Positions 41,701 through 56,902 are shown, counted from the stretch's first letter. The stretch: DNA of 64,000 nt from Octopus vulgaris (GCA_951406725.2 OX597835.1:2046001-2110000), one strand, 5' to 3'. Notes: generated by a model from the sequence alone, not told the origin. A program made the numbers and translations.

Positions 41701-44700
41701 CCGAAGCTACATTAACCCTGCTGGTATCAGCGTCCTTGAGCTTATCTCTTCCTTTTTTTCCCCCCTTCATCAGATATCCAGGATATCCAATGCTTCCAAA
41801 CTTCGTCCTTAAATATTTTGTTCAATGCAACATCAAGGGGCTGAAGTAGGTTTACCAAACATCATAAAACGGCTTGACGCTTTTCATACCTTTCATCATG
41901 TGATTCACTGGCTCTGTAAGGTGAGCTCTAATTCGGCCCAACACCAACATTACAGGTGTCTTTTAAGAAGCTCTGAATTATTCTGTACTTTCTGAACCAT
42001 TCCTCTTCCATCCATCCATCCATCCAAAGTGGAAATTTTATATCTTTTTGGAATATTTTTTCTTCTTAAAATAATCACATTTAGTTTGCTTTCCATTAGC
42101 TAAAAAACATAAAAGTGCAATAAAATATTTTTTTCACAGCCTTTTCTTCTGGTAAATTCAGTTTTACTTTTTATTGTATCCAGTGTCTCAAAAAACACAT
42201 GTATCTTATTCATATTTCTAGTTTTATTCAGTTTCTGTGAAATTTTTGTTTTCCAAAGATTCTTGAAGACTCTCTGCATCATCCATTTGAAAATCGGAAA
42301 GATTGGCTGACTGCATCTATTTCAACATGTGACACTTTCTCCGCTTGTGTTATTTTACAGACACTCTTCTTACCATTTATTTGTCTTTCCTCTTCCACCC
42401 ATTCATCTCCTTCTTTTTCCAGTTCTGGATAATCTGTTTGCTTTCTCTTTAGAAATTGTTTACTGCTTCATATTCGCTGCAGTTGGGCTCCCTTCATCGC
42501 CCAATGTTGCTGTTTTCCAAATTTCCAAGAGATTTGCACAATTTGATTTTTTCCTTTCAGCAAGTTCCATAATTCTAAGTTTAAATTTTCCACTCGAGGC
42601 AATATGTCTCTTTTTTCACGTATGAACTTTTATTATAAGAAGGTATCGTGAAGATTTTTCTAGTTGTCAGCACAGTTAAGTAAAGTAAATTTCAAACTAT
42701 AATCTTTTAAGTTAAACAATCACTTTTAGCCCTTAAGCTCCTTCAGGTTCCTCTGCCAAATGTGATGCTTATTTATTCACATTGTTTGGAATTAATCATG
42801 TATTTGCCTGGTAGCTTTGAGATTTTGATGTGATTGTATATTTTTAGCTACATGTGAGAGGCCAAATCTGGCCAGTCTGAGCATAAAACAGGTAGACTAT
42901 TTGGGCTGGACATGTCCACCTTAAATGCTAAAAGATTAAAGTATTGAGTGTATAACCACATAGCACCAGTTTGCCAACAGAATTAACAATTGCCATTGGA
43001 TGTACTCACTATGATTTCAGTACTTCATAACTAACAGCAATGAAGTGTATACATTAGGGGTCAGATGTGTCGAGGCTGCCACTTTTGGGGTCTTCTTTTT
43101 CACAAGTTTATTTCTGTGTTTATTTTTCTTGGCTTAATGGTGTAGACCTATGATTCAGGCACAATGTATCTAGGACTACATTATTCCAATGTGTTCTGCA
43201 AAGCTTGTTGTTATTCCATTGTGATCATCCTGATTTAATCCCAGGAAAGGTTTCAATGTCTTTCGGCCCCCACATGTGCCCCACAACCTCTCCTCATAAT
43301 GCTACAACTTTCATTTATTCCCACCAACTCCCTGTAATCTCACAACATGCAATGCAGTCCCACAACCAGTCCTACAACCAGTCCCACGACCAGTTTGCAT
43401 GTGATTTATCTGTTAAAACTTTTGGTTTGCTTTCTTGAAGTTGTTGCCTTTTTTGTTTAAGTTTTAAATGTTACATACGTTTATGGTGGTTTACGGTGTG
43501 TCTGTGTGTCTGGACAACTGTTTGTGGAATGTTGCCAACAAGGGAGCCTCGATGCAGTCACTCAACCAGCTAGAAACATCAGCCAATCCTCTTGCAGATC
43601 ATTTTCTAAATATCTTTGAGAAAGAAAGTGTACATAGATATAGAACTGGGTGGTCATAGCTGGACCTAATCATCATCATACGTTCATTTTCCTGGCGGCA
43701 TGAGGCTGTCCTGCTCTTTATCTGTTCCAATCCCAATAGGAGCACCTTTGATCATTAGTCTGATCAGGTCTGACCTTGGGTTAAACAACAACAACTAAAG
43801 TCACCAATAATATCTTCTATGGCCACCACGAAATAATGAGAGAACCTTTACAGGATCACTCAACTTGCTAAAAATATCAAGCAAACCCCCTTCAGATCAA
43901 AGGAAGGACATGTTGGATGATGTAGTCCTGATGCGTTGAGTAAAAGACAGGATGACGACAAATGGGACTCGTTTGGTTGTAGATTTGCTCAATCAAGGCT
44001 GACCGCAGATTCAACAACAACAACATGTTTGTGGAACGTACGTGAGTAATTATTCGTTAGACAGAGCTCAATGTTGATTGAAACAGACCGGTTATGAAAG
44101 ACGTTCCATACGTGACCGTCCTGTCTTTTGTGTGCCTAGGATTTATATTGTCTGTTGTCTTTTCTTTTTCTTAAGACGTTAGTGTGAGGTTAGGACATTT
44201 AGCTGCTATTTCTAGCAGATCAAGTGACTACATAGTGGTGTACTTAACATCTGTAAGTATGTTATGTGTGTAGGCGTCTGCTTATGCATGCAAATGTATT
44301 TCTTTTGTTTGCACGAGTGTGTGTGTATAAGGGTACCTGTGTATTTTGGCATGTCTGTATGTGTGTGTCTTTGCGAGTTAAAGTTATGTGTGCGTTCATG
44401 TTAGCAAATGTCTATGAATCTTCCCTCAGGCTTAAATGTTGATTTTTTTTTTTGCCATATTAATCTTGATTACCTCCTCCTGATGTGGTCACTCTTCAGC
44501 AGATATAAAAACCTGTTGTCATTTTTCAGCTGCCCATTACTTTAGAAAGCCAACAGCAAGCCTGGATCTTGGCCATAGCCATTTCGACCGGCCTTTACAC
44601 CGAAGCTGTCGACCAACTGGTGTGCCGGGCCATACCAGGGGAAGTAACTGCAGGTGGACCAATTTACGAAGGGCCGCATTCTGGCCCTTCTCAATGCTCT

Positions 44701-44942
44701 GTTCTTTTTGCAGCTTGCGGCTTGCTCATAACACTTTAACCTTGTCATCATGGTACTTTGTGCATGCCACAGAGTAAGTATAAGGTGAGAGAAAGGAGAG
44801 AAATAGAGTCGGTGGGATCGGAGAGAGAGAAAGATAAAAAGCTGAGGGTATCTTGCTGCTTGCTGCATTTGTATTCTTTTCAGTTTGCTATGATTTTAAT
44901 TATCTTGCTCTGCATATATATATATGTATGTATATATATATA

Positions 44943-44978
<36 letters not shown>

Positions 44979-45432
44979 CGAAATAAATCATTTTTCTTCT
45001 TTTTCAGAGTTTCCCCATGTATCATACACACATGCAACTCTCTCTTTAATCACCATCATCACATCCACTTTTCATGGGTCAGGTGAAATTTGTTGAGGCA
45101 GTTGCCCTCCCTATTGTCAACACTCACCTGTCTCCAGGCAAGGTAATATTTCCCCATAGCCGGACGTTTTCCATTGAAGATTGGAAACGAATAACCTCAC
45201 CTGTATAACAGTGATGCTCATTTACAACCATTACATGATGTCTACACAACAGTACATGCACACACACACACACACACACACACATACATGCATACACACA
45301 ATGGGTTTCTTTCAAATCCACTGACAAGGCTTTAATTGCCCTGTGGCGCCTTAGGAGAAGACAATTGCCCAAGGTTCTGCACAGTGGGACAGAACCCATG
45401 ACTATTTGGTTAAGAAGCATACCTCTTATATG

Positions 45433-45483
<51 letters not shown>

Positions 45484-46948
45484 TTATATAGGCACAGGAG
45501 TGGCTGTGTGGTAAGAAGTTTGCTTCCCAACCACATGGTTCCGGGTTCAGCCCCACTGCCTGGCACCTTGGGCAAGTGTCTTCTGCTATAGCCTCAGACT
45601 GACCAAAGCCTTGTGAGTGGATTTGATAGATGGAAACTGAAAGAAGCCCGTCATATATATATGAATGTGTTTGTTATTTGTGTCTGTGTTTGTCCCTCCC
45701 AACATCGCTTGGCAACCGATGTTGGTGTGTTTATGTCCCTGTCACTTAGTGGTTCAGCAAAAAGAGACTAATAAGTACTAGGCTTATAAAGAATAAGTCC
45801 TGGAGTTGATTTGTTTAACTAAAGGTGGTGCTCCAGCATGGCTGCAGTCAAATGACTGAAACAAGTAAAAGAATAAAGGAATATGTGTGAATGTATTAGC
45901 ATCACAATTTTACATCTACTTCTCATGTTGTCAAGGCCTGGATGTGTTGTCAAGGCCTGAATCAGTTCTTATTTGGAAGTTGTTGTTTTCCTAGATCAGT
46001 TGGAGGATCACATCTCACTTGTACCTTCAATTGTCTGTTGTTGTATGTGTGTGTGTGTGTGACATTTGTGCCTCCTCGTCATGATGTTGCGTGATAGTTA
46101 TAGAATGTGTGTCACCGTCATACAAGCGGTGCCATAGTTTTATCTTCCATAATGACATGTCCTGTTCCTGGGGAAATCTTACCTTGTTTGAGACAAATGA
46201 GGGGTGGTGGCAGGAAAGACGTTTGGCCAGAGAAACTCTGCCTCAAGGGTTTCCATCCGACCCATGCAGACATGGAAAAGTGGACGTTAAAACAATGACA
46301 GATACACACACATGCACACGTACATACATAGGCGCAAGCACATACGCTCACATGTGTACGCACACGTGCACACACACACACACACACACACATGTGCACA
46401 AACAAAGCAATTAGATATATCTATAGATATATAGTTAAAAGAGAACTGGTGCATGCAAAATTATGAATTTACAGATTTTGTCTACCCAAAAGTAAAAACT
46501 GAAAAGATAAAAAAAAACGTGTTAATGAACTGTGAGTAAACAGGGCAGCAATATAAACCTCCAGATTTTAAAAAAAAGAAGTCCATTCAAATATTAGGAA
46601 CGTATTTCAATTAACACTTTCAGGCCATAAATTTCGAATGCTGGTAAATATTTATTGAAATCACTTGAATGTTAATTAGTATATATCTGGAAGTGCTTTG
46701 GGAATTTTCCAGAATTTGTGTTCTTTTTTTTTCCAGACATTTGTGTTTTCCTTTTTTTCATTGCTTTTGTTTGTTTCTTGGTTTATGCATGCTTGAAATT
46801 GTAGGCTCACAATATGACTTGTCACTTCGACTTTGCATGTAAAGTGCTACTTTGGGATGTTTTAATTATCTCTATGAGTATGTGCGCATGCATGCGTGTG
46901 TGTGCGTGTACGCGTGTATATGGTTGTGTATATATATATATATTTATG

Positions 46949-46988
<40 letters not shown>

Positions 46989-48112
46989 GGTTATGTCTAT
47001 ATATTTGTATATGTATGTATGTATATATAAAATATAAATGAGAGATAAAAACCACTATTATGCAACTCAAACAGTGATAGACATAAACCAATACATAAAT
47101 AACAAATAAAATATATTTTTATAAAACATAAAACCAGATCTCAAAAAGTATAAAAAGCATAAAAACTTTTTGAGATCTGGTTATATGTTTTATAAAAATA
47201 TGTATTATTTGTTATTTATGTTTTGGTTTATGTCTATCATTGTTTGAGTTGCATAATAGTGGTTTTATCTCTAATTAATATTTTATATATTTAAACTGTG
47301 AAATTTGATTTAATACTAAACTGAATTTTTCCCTGTAAGTTTGGAGTTAGACTCCCTAATATTATTATATGTATATAATCCCGGGGTCGATTTGCTCGAC
47401 TAAAGGCGGTGCTCCAGCATGGCCGCAGTCAAATGACTGAAACAAGTAAAAAGAGTAAAAAAAAAGAGAGAAAAAAAAGAGTATATATATATATATATAT
47501 ATGTATATATTGTAGCTTTTAAATGATTCTATCCACTGGCCAACATTTTGAATCATGAAAACCATTTCTGTAGAGTTCTTTCAGTAACAGTGCCTTCTCC
47601 ATGCACAGCACAAATGTTCTTGAGTGACTTTGACAGCTTTGGAACTGTTTGACCATTGAAAGTGAAGAGAAGCAAGCGCTTCACCCTTTGCCATTCAGCT
47701 TACTCTACCAAACACGATGCTTATTTATTCACACTGTTTTGAATTAATCAGGCATTTACCTGGTGGCTTTGAGATTTCGATGGTGTGTTGGTTTAGCTTT
47801 AGAATGACATTGTAGGGTAGGTGTAAGAGGCTGAATCTTGCCAGTTTGAACATAAAACACCTGGAATATTGAGCTGGATATAACCTGTTTAAACAGGTTT
47901 GTTTTTCTACTTGACACTCTATCGTTACACGTCTGAAAAGAAATGAGATTTATTCAAATTTTAAAAGCAGAAAAATGAAAGTTGTAGAGATAAGATAGAG
48001 CTACAAAAATCCGTAAAACACTGATAAATATATTGTCAGGTTGAATCAAATAACATTATAAAGAAAATTAATAATTTATCTGACAACCTAACACATGTGC
48101 GTGCAATATATG

Positions 48113-48147
<35 letters not shown>

Positions 48148-51091
48148 TTATGCATATCATCATATATTAATACTGAGTTACTTTGCACTCTTAAATAATT
48201 TATTACACATGTTTCAGAGATTATTACTAATACTCAGTGTCTAAGACGGTTGCCAACCACATCTTTTGGCACTAATATTACCGATATCTTTAACATTCTG
48301 TGACTTTGACACAGCAGATATTTCTTTTCAGTCGGTTTGTTTCTCATCTTCATGGACGAATTTTTATTGTCTACTTCGTTCCAAATTTTATTTTTATTTT
48401 TTAATATTTCTTCCGTTTTAATTTCGAACTTAATTTTTCAGTGACACGCTCTCTCATTGGGCAGACTTCCGGTCAAAGGCGTTCTGTCAATGTGGCAGAG
48501 CTTAGAAAAACCATCAGCAAGGCTCCTTCATTCCTCAGTTAAGTTGTAAAAGAAGTAAAAATGGATCTACTGATTCCTCAGCCGGTTGTTTGCTAAACTA
48601 TAATACTTGTTCTAAACCGGCGATTCTCAACTGGGGTTCACATGGCCCTTGGTGGGGGTGGGGGTGGGGGCATCAATACACAAAACATCTTAACAGTTTT
48701 TTTTAATACAATTCCTAATAATATTTAATTATAACAGTATAAAACATTGACTGGGTATGAGGGTCTAGTAGAGTGAAATAGGGATTAAAGGGACCCATAA
48801 GCAAAAAGTGGTTGAGAAACACTTCTAAACTATAATATTTGTTCTCTAATAACTGTTTAAATAGTCAGAAATGGGCTTTTGTTGAAGGATCTCTGGAGTA
48901 ACGTTACTTGACTGGGTGCATAGCTTGGGTGCATAGCTTGGGTGCATGTTACTTCTCTGCATTGAGGGGGTCTCAGCTCCAGTACTATGAGCCTGGGATC
49001 AATGTGTCAGAGAAAAGAATTGCGTGAGAGATTTCTTCAAGCTCAACCAACCAGCAGGAGACCCCAGGCTGGAGCAAGAATGAAATGGCTGAATGGAATC
49101 CTTGGTCTCAGTTGGTGATGTTTGGGGATCCAACAGGAAAGTCTATTGACAATTGCTTCTGAGGACTCTCCCCCCATGACTCTTCCAGGAATAATAGATG
49201 GAGATGGATGATGTGATTGTAATCAGGTTTCTTTTATTTCCTGACAACTAAATAAAATGGTAGATTATTGGGAGGAGAAATGTCGATTCCATGAATTGGT
49301 CAGTTGTTTGGTCTCTGAGAGCAAAGTCTTCAGTTATATTAATGACCAGAGGTTAAGGGGTTGAGTCAATTTTTTTTTTTACCATCTCTGATTATTCTCT
49401 TTTGTCTTTTCTGATCAATCACTTGGTCTTCTCTGACCAGTGACTTAATATTCTTTTATCACTCAATTGAATCACTCATTGTTAATCTATGATTAGTCAC
49501 TTCGTAACTGACAGAGTGCCACTTAGATCTGTTGATGTGAGGCCAGAATGAAGTGATTGCTGTGATGTCCTCGTCTTTCCCAAGGGCAATGACAGAGCAA
49601 CAACTAGCAATCAGTGCCAGCTGATACAGGTTCAATTCCCAGATAGTTTGTCACCTTTCTTCAAAATTCTCATTCATAAATGTTTAAAATATGTATCTCG
49701 ATATGTTAATGCTAACATTGCAATGAATGGAGCATTCAAAGCTAACTCGTGGTAAAATAATAACCAGTTAGACCAACAGATAGATGGCTATTACAAAAAA
49801 GTTAGAAACTTTGGAAGCTGATTAGAAATAATTATGCCATAAGGAAAAAACAAACGAACAAATTATTAGTAAATCATTAATGTTTTTATTTGTTTACAAG
49901 TATGGGAGATAACTTTAGATATGTTTTAGTATTAGTCTGACATCATCAGTGAAGCTTTGTTTTCTCCATACTTGTCACAGTATTGAAGCTTTTGTAGAGT
50001 AGAGGGTCTGTCTCACGGACAATTCTCTAATTGGGCTCCACACTTCTTACCACTGGCCCTGGGTGGCAGTGGTGAGGAAACAGATACAAACACAATGAAA
50101 CAATGTGATGATGGCTTTTTGCTGTTGCTAGTTTCTTTATACAATCTAACACAAATATTGCAAACCACGGTAGAGATGGTCTGGAGCAGTGACTGGGGTC
50201 CACATGACCCTTGTTGGGTCCATATAAGATTTTGTTGTTAGAATTTATCTGCAATAGATTGGTTATACTTCTGTAATACACAAAATATTTCAACTTTTTT
50301 TAAATACAATTCCCAATAATATTTAATTCTAAAAATATAAAATGATTTTTTAAACATTGAAACATAGCTATGTGGGTCCATCAAGTAAAGTAACAATGAA
50401 AGGGGTTCAGAGGTAAAAAGCAGTTGAGAAACAATGGTCTACAGAGACAATTATAGAACATAATTTGATGAAGGGAGACGTGATGATGACGATGATGATT
50501 GCTGTTGTTGCTAATCTATATATATAAAGCTGAAGTTGTCTGTGTGTGGCAGGTATTGGTAGCCTTCAACTAACACTATCTCCTTCGAGATCCTGCGGCG
50601 CAAGTTGACCAAAATTGAGAGTATGGTAGAAGAAGGCTTGTTCTTCATTCCGTAGAAGAAAAAATTCAAATCGGACCATGTTAACCCCAAAAACAATTTA
50701 CATCAAAAAGGTGCTTTTTTTCTATGAGAATCCCTATTTTTTACGATTTTTGACTGCTGTGTTGCCATTTTTCGGTGTATTTCAACCAGAAAAATGTTCA
50801 CTGAAAGAGAATAAGAAGCAACATAATGCAAAATTTTTACTTTTAAAAAATTCCAATTCTAAAGGGTCGAAAAGAAATCAAACCCGAGCAATGCCAGGCG
50901 ATACTACTAGTTACTTTATATTGTCTGACATAATATTATGAACTGTTGTGGTGGTGGAGAAACATTTAGTGATATTGGTGTTGCTCATAATGATGATGAT
51001 GATGATGATACCAACTTCTGCTATCACTAATTCTTTTTTATAAGATGTATATAAAACATGCATAAAACTCAATTTAATGATCTTGATAAAG

Positions 51092-51123
<32 letters not shown>

Positions 51124-53128
51124 CATTATTATTATTATTGTTATTGTTAAGGCGGTGAGCTGGCAGGATCGTTAGCACACCAGGCTAAATGCTCCGTGGT
51201 ATTTTGTCTGCTGTTACATTCTGAGTTCAAATTCCACCGAAGTTGACTTTGTCTTTCATCCTTTCAGGGTCGATAAATTAAGTACCAGTTGCGTACTGAG
51301 GTCGATCTAATCGACTGGCCCCCTCCCCCAAACTTTCGGGCCTTGTGCCTCTAATAGAAAGGATTATCATTATTATTATTGTTGTTGTTACGAAGGTGGT
51401 GAACTCACAGAACCATTAGCATGTCGGGCAAAATGCTTTGTGGCATTCTGTCTGTCTTTAAATTCTGAGTTCAAATCTTACTGAGTTCGATTTTTACCTT
51501 AAATCCTTTTGGGATTGATAAAATAAAGTATGAGGGTTAATATCTAGATCTGCACCCGGTGGGGAAAAATGGAAACGAAAATGTGCAACAGTTGTAATGC
51601 ATCGGTATATTAAAGGAATATGAGGGAAAAAATGCAGGGGTGGGGAGAGGGCTCGGAAAATTCCCACCATCAACCATACAGAATTGTTGAATAAACATTG
51701 CATTAGAAGTAATAAATGATTTCTGTTTCACTCCTGGGACCGGGTGTTGAGGTTTAGCGCTCAGATTCTGAACGGGTGATCGTGTGAATTTTCCAAGCGC
51801 CCTCTCCCCCCGCCCGTTTGTCAGCATGCATTTTTCCCCCTCATATTCCTTTCATATATGGTGCATTACAACTGTTATGCATTTTTGTTTCCATTTTCCC
51901 CCACCGGGTGCGGATCTAGATATTAAACCAGTATCAGCTGAGCAACTGGGATTGATGTAATCAACCCCACTCCGCCCCAAATTGCCGGCCTTGTGCCTCT
52001 TCACTAGCAAGAATTATTATTGTTATAATTATTTATTATTTCTGCCTGTTGCTTATTCCTTTATAGGCGCTGACATCTTGATATAATATCATGGATCAGG
52101 AATGTACATGCTTACAGAGAAACACACATTATATGATAATGATGATCGTGGCTACAATGGTGACGGTTTCAATTGTAGTTGTGATGGTGGTGGTGGTGGT
52201 GGTGGTGGATTTGAAATGAAATTTGAAGGTTTCTTAAACACAGACTAAGCTTCTTTCTTTTCCTTCCTTGCTGTTAATGTGACTGTGTTATTGCTTTTCC
52301 TTTATTGCCAGTTAGTGGAAACGTTCAACCGATGTCGTCAAGAGTGCCTGGACTTCCACATGAGCTCAGTAACAATGTACACACAGAGCTGTCGCAGTTT
52401 GTCCACAGCCACACCGCAAGGTGAATAATAATAATAATAATAGTAACAGTAATAATAATACAATCCAACCTCTACAAAAACAAGTTTGGTTTTTTTTTTT
52501 GTTGCATGTATCTATTCCTGGTGTATTATTTTGTTTTTCATTTTTGTTTGTAGTGTGTTAAAAAACCCCCTGAAGGCAGAGGTCCCTAAATGGCATGGCA
52601 TAGTACACCGGTGTGCTTTGGGAAGATAGGTGTGTAGTTATGTGCACTGCAAAAATAATACCTAATTGAGAGAAGCCTGTTGTGTGTGTGTGTGTGTTTT
52701 TGTAAGTGTGTGTTTTTGAGTTTCTGTTTATAACCCCCCCCCCCTCTTGACAACTGGTGTTGTTGTGCTGATGTCCCTGTAATTTAGCAGTTCAGCAAAA
52801 GAGACCAATATTGTGAGTACCAAGCTGAAAAATGATATGTACTAGGGCCGATTTGTTTGACTAAAGCCCTTCAAGGCAGTGGCCCGGTATGGCTGCAGTA
52901 CAGTGACTGACTGAAACAAGTAAAAGATAAAAGATATATGTATGCATATATATATATATATATATATATATAGGTGCAGGCATGGCTGTGTGGTAAGAAG
53001 CTTGCTTCCCAACCACACGGTTCTGGGTTCAGTCCCACTGCATGGCACCTTGGGCAGGTGTCTTCAACTTTAGCTTCGTGCCAACCAAAGTCTTGTGAGT
53101 GGATTTGGTCAATGGAAACTGACAGAAG

Positions 53129-53177
<49 letters not shown>

Positions 53178-55478
53178 AGAGAGAGAGAGAGATAGTTGCG
53201 TGTGTTTTTGTGTGTGTTTGTCACCCCATCACTGCTTGACGATCAGTGTTGGTGTGCTTACGTCCCTGTAACTTAGTGGTTTGGCAAAAGAGACTGATAG
53301 AATAAATACCAGGCTTAAGGAATAAGTCCTAGAGTCGATTTGTTTGAATAAAACCCACGTGGCCATGCTGGTGGTGCTCCGGCATGGCCACAATCAAATA
53401 ACTGAAACAAGGAAAGGAATAAAAGAATCCACACATGAAATTAATAGTGACCGAAGCATTATTAAAGCCAAATTCTGGCAGTTCTGACCGGTGTGGTGGC
53501 CAGTCTCTGCTCACCAGCAATATAAAAGCCAATTGCAGTCCATACGAGAGGTTCTCTCACGGTAAATAACACAGTATTCGGTGTTTTAACTAAACATCCA
53601 CTTTTAGTGGGTGATAAATATTAACTTGTGTGTGTGTGTGTGTATGCATTTATGTATTTGTATGTTAGTGCATGTGTATGTGATTTCTGTGTGTATGGTG
53701 CTCCAACATGGCCCAGCAGGCTGAAACTGGTAAAAAAGAAACATATATGATGTCTATATTTGTACATGTATAAAGAACCTCATTGGTCAAGAATGACCAT
53801 CGGTTTGCACATAGAAGTTGCTCTCTAAGACACAAGTCCGTGCAAAATTGTTTGTGGAAGAGCAGCAGTCACCGATGCACACCAGCCTCCCCTCTGCATG
53901 TCACTGATGTTATCCAAGGGAAATGCAAAGGGGCCGATACAGCTTGGTACCAGTGATGTCACATCATCTCATTTCTACAGCTGAGTGAACTGGAGCAAGG
54001 TGAAATAAAGTGTCTTGCTCAAGAACACTAAGACACAGCCCAGTCCAGGAATCGAACTCACAACCTCACGATTGTAAGCTTGACAGTCTAACCACTGAAC
54101 CATGCACCTTTATGTGTCTATCTATCTATCTGTGAGTGTGTGTGTGTGTCTATGTGGAGTATGATAATTCTTTTTTATGCTTCCCAAAACAAATTTGGTG
54201 ATTCTGGTTTTTGTTTGTCCATTCATTTGTTTTAAACAATATTTCCACTTCCCACTCACAGACTGTAATTTTGTTTGCACCTGTCTCGTTTCATTTCTGC
54301 TTTTTAATTAAATTGGTGATTAGCAATCAAAAGAAGAATTCAGTATTGAAACATTTTGTTGTTTTTTTCCCCCCCTCCCATTTTCTTCTTTTTGTTTTCC
54401 ACCCCTAAAGACACACAGACATCAACAAAATGTTTCTGTGTATCTTTTAAATTAGTCCCATCGTTTATTTTATTCAATTGTTCATGTTGTAATTTTGTTT
54501 CTTATATTTTGTTCTTTCTTCTTTGTTTTTTTTAAAGAAAAAAATAAGGCAAACACTACAAAGAAAGTTAAGACATTTTGGAACAAATGTCCTTGCATTC
54601 TTTCATCTTTCAGTGTTGGTGGGTAAATAAAATAAGCGAAATTTAATCATTTATTTTGTATAGCATCTACATTTTTTATTAAATTCCGTTCATTTTAGTG
54701 CTGATAAAAATTGCATTGTATTTTTACCACTAGACTGCATTTCGATAGCATTCTTCACCAGTTGATCCCATGTCTTATTTATGGATTGCATGCGGTTCCA
54801 GACTGGATTTGAAACGGAAACCTTCATTAAAAAGAAACAGTTGATCCCATGTCTTATTTATGGATTGCATGCGGTTCCAGACTGGATTTGAAACGGAAAC
54901 CTTCATTAAAAAGAAAAACTAGGCCACTTAATGCATGTTTACATCCAGTTTGGCTGCTTTCTACAGTTTGAGGAATTAAGACATGTGATGAAGATCAGAG
55001 ATAAAAATCATGAGTAAATAAATAATCCAAAATTCTAATATCTGAAAGTTGATGAACAAACTAAACTTGTTTCTCCATTTTCTTATTTGTATTATATATA
55101 TATATATATATATATAGAAACCTGGTGTAATATATAATCTTCAATATTCTTGATAAACCTTGGCAATCTGGAAAAGAAAACAACTCTGTCTTTACCCACC
55201 AACCTCCAGCTTGGCTTCACTTGTAAATTTATATTTTACACAGGCTTCTTAAGCATTGTTTTTTAATCTCTTGATTGCCTTCGATGTTTCTCTTGGTGCT
55301 CATTGCTTGAATTGCCTTCATTCAAATGTGTGTGTCATTATTTTGCTTGTTGTTTTCTTCAGTATTTTTTGGCTTTTTGTATCTTGTCTTGCATTGAACA
55401 CTTGAAATAATTTCCACAGGAAAAAGTGCCTTTGTTACATATGTTTGTATGTGTATACACATATAAAAATAAGTAAAT

Positions 55479-55575
<97 letters not shown>

Positions 55576-56902
55576 ATGTAAAGCATTATCAATACACACA
55601 TGCACACTTATGTGTGTGTATACAAGGTCCAATTGATAAGTATCTGAACTGTTAATCTAGTAATGAACCTAAAGCATGCAGACTAAAGCCACTTAGTACT
55701 GATTGACCTTGAACTCTGTAGTGCACGCGCACTAAGTTTTAACGTTCTCGCTCACTTCTGCTGTTTCCAGCAGTGCTTGGAAGGAAGGTGTGTAGCGTGT
55801 GATTGTTGCATTGAGCAGAGAATCTGCATCAAATCTTGCCACATGCTTGGTGATATCGGTTCAGAGGCCTTTTTAATTATTTTTTTTATGTTACTGGTTT
55901 CAATCATTTGACTGCAGCCATGCTGGAGCATCACCTTTAGTCGAACTAATTGACTCCAGGACTTACCCTTTGTAAGTCTAGTATTTATTCTATTGGCTTC
56001 TTTTGCTGAACTGCTAAGTTACAGTGATGTAAACTCACCAATATCGGTTGTCAAGTGATGATGGAGGGAACAAACACAGACATATATATATATATGATGT
56101 GCTTTCAGTTTCCATCTACCAAATCCACTCACAAGGATTTGGTTGGCCCGAGGCTATAGTGGAAGACACTTGCCCAAGGTGCCATGTAGTGGGACTGAAC
56201 CCGGAATGATGTGGTTGGGAAGCAAGCTTCTTACCATACAGTCACACCTGCGCAAAGTTTTCAAAACGTTTTCATAATTCTCAACACAATGAAGGTGATC
56301 TTGTACCACTGAAACCCGAGTGTCTTTTTGGTCAGCTGGAAGCAGTTTTGGCACAAACTTTACAGACGTGCGCCTCATAGCCAAATCTTCAGTGATGATG
56401 GACAGAACTGAACCATAACTAATCTGTACATCCTCTGATAACTCATGGATGGTGATTAGATGATTTCCCCTCACAGCTGCATGCACATCTGTGATGTTTT
56501 TCCCAATTCTGCTGGTTGTGGGTCTCCCAGAACTTTCGTCAATATTGACATTTTTTCAGCCATCTTGGAAACCACTTGTACACGGCTCTTATATTCCTCT
56601 CCATACACTTTCTGCAACCTTGCATAGGCCCCTGAGAACGTATTGCCATGACAACTTTCACAGTCATGGTCAAATCAATGATCACACACTACACACCTGC
56701 CTTCCAAGCACTGCTGTAAATAGCAGAAGCGAGCTAGAATGTGAAAACTTAGTGCACATGCACTACAGAGACTTCAAGGTCAATCTGTGCTGAGTGACTT
56801 CATTCTGCGTACTTTAGCTTCGTTACTATGGTAACAGTTGTGATACTTATTAATCAGACCTTGTATATACATATGTATGTATGTATATTATATATATGTG
56901 TG

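Noticed and set aside
52067-52103. Possible extra INPP4 exon after tttatag
   Set aside because: It has a stop in the required phase 0 frame and a weak donor; exons 11 and 12 already join with the expected spacing.
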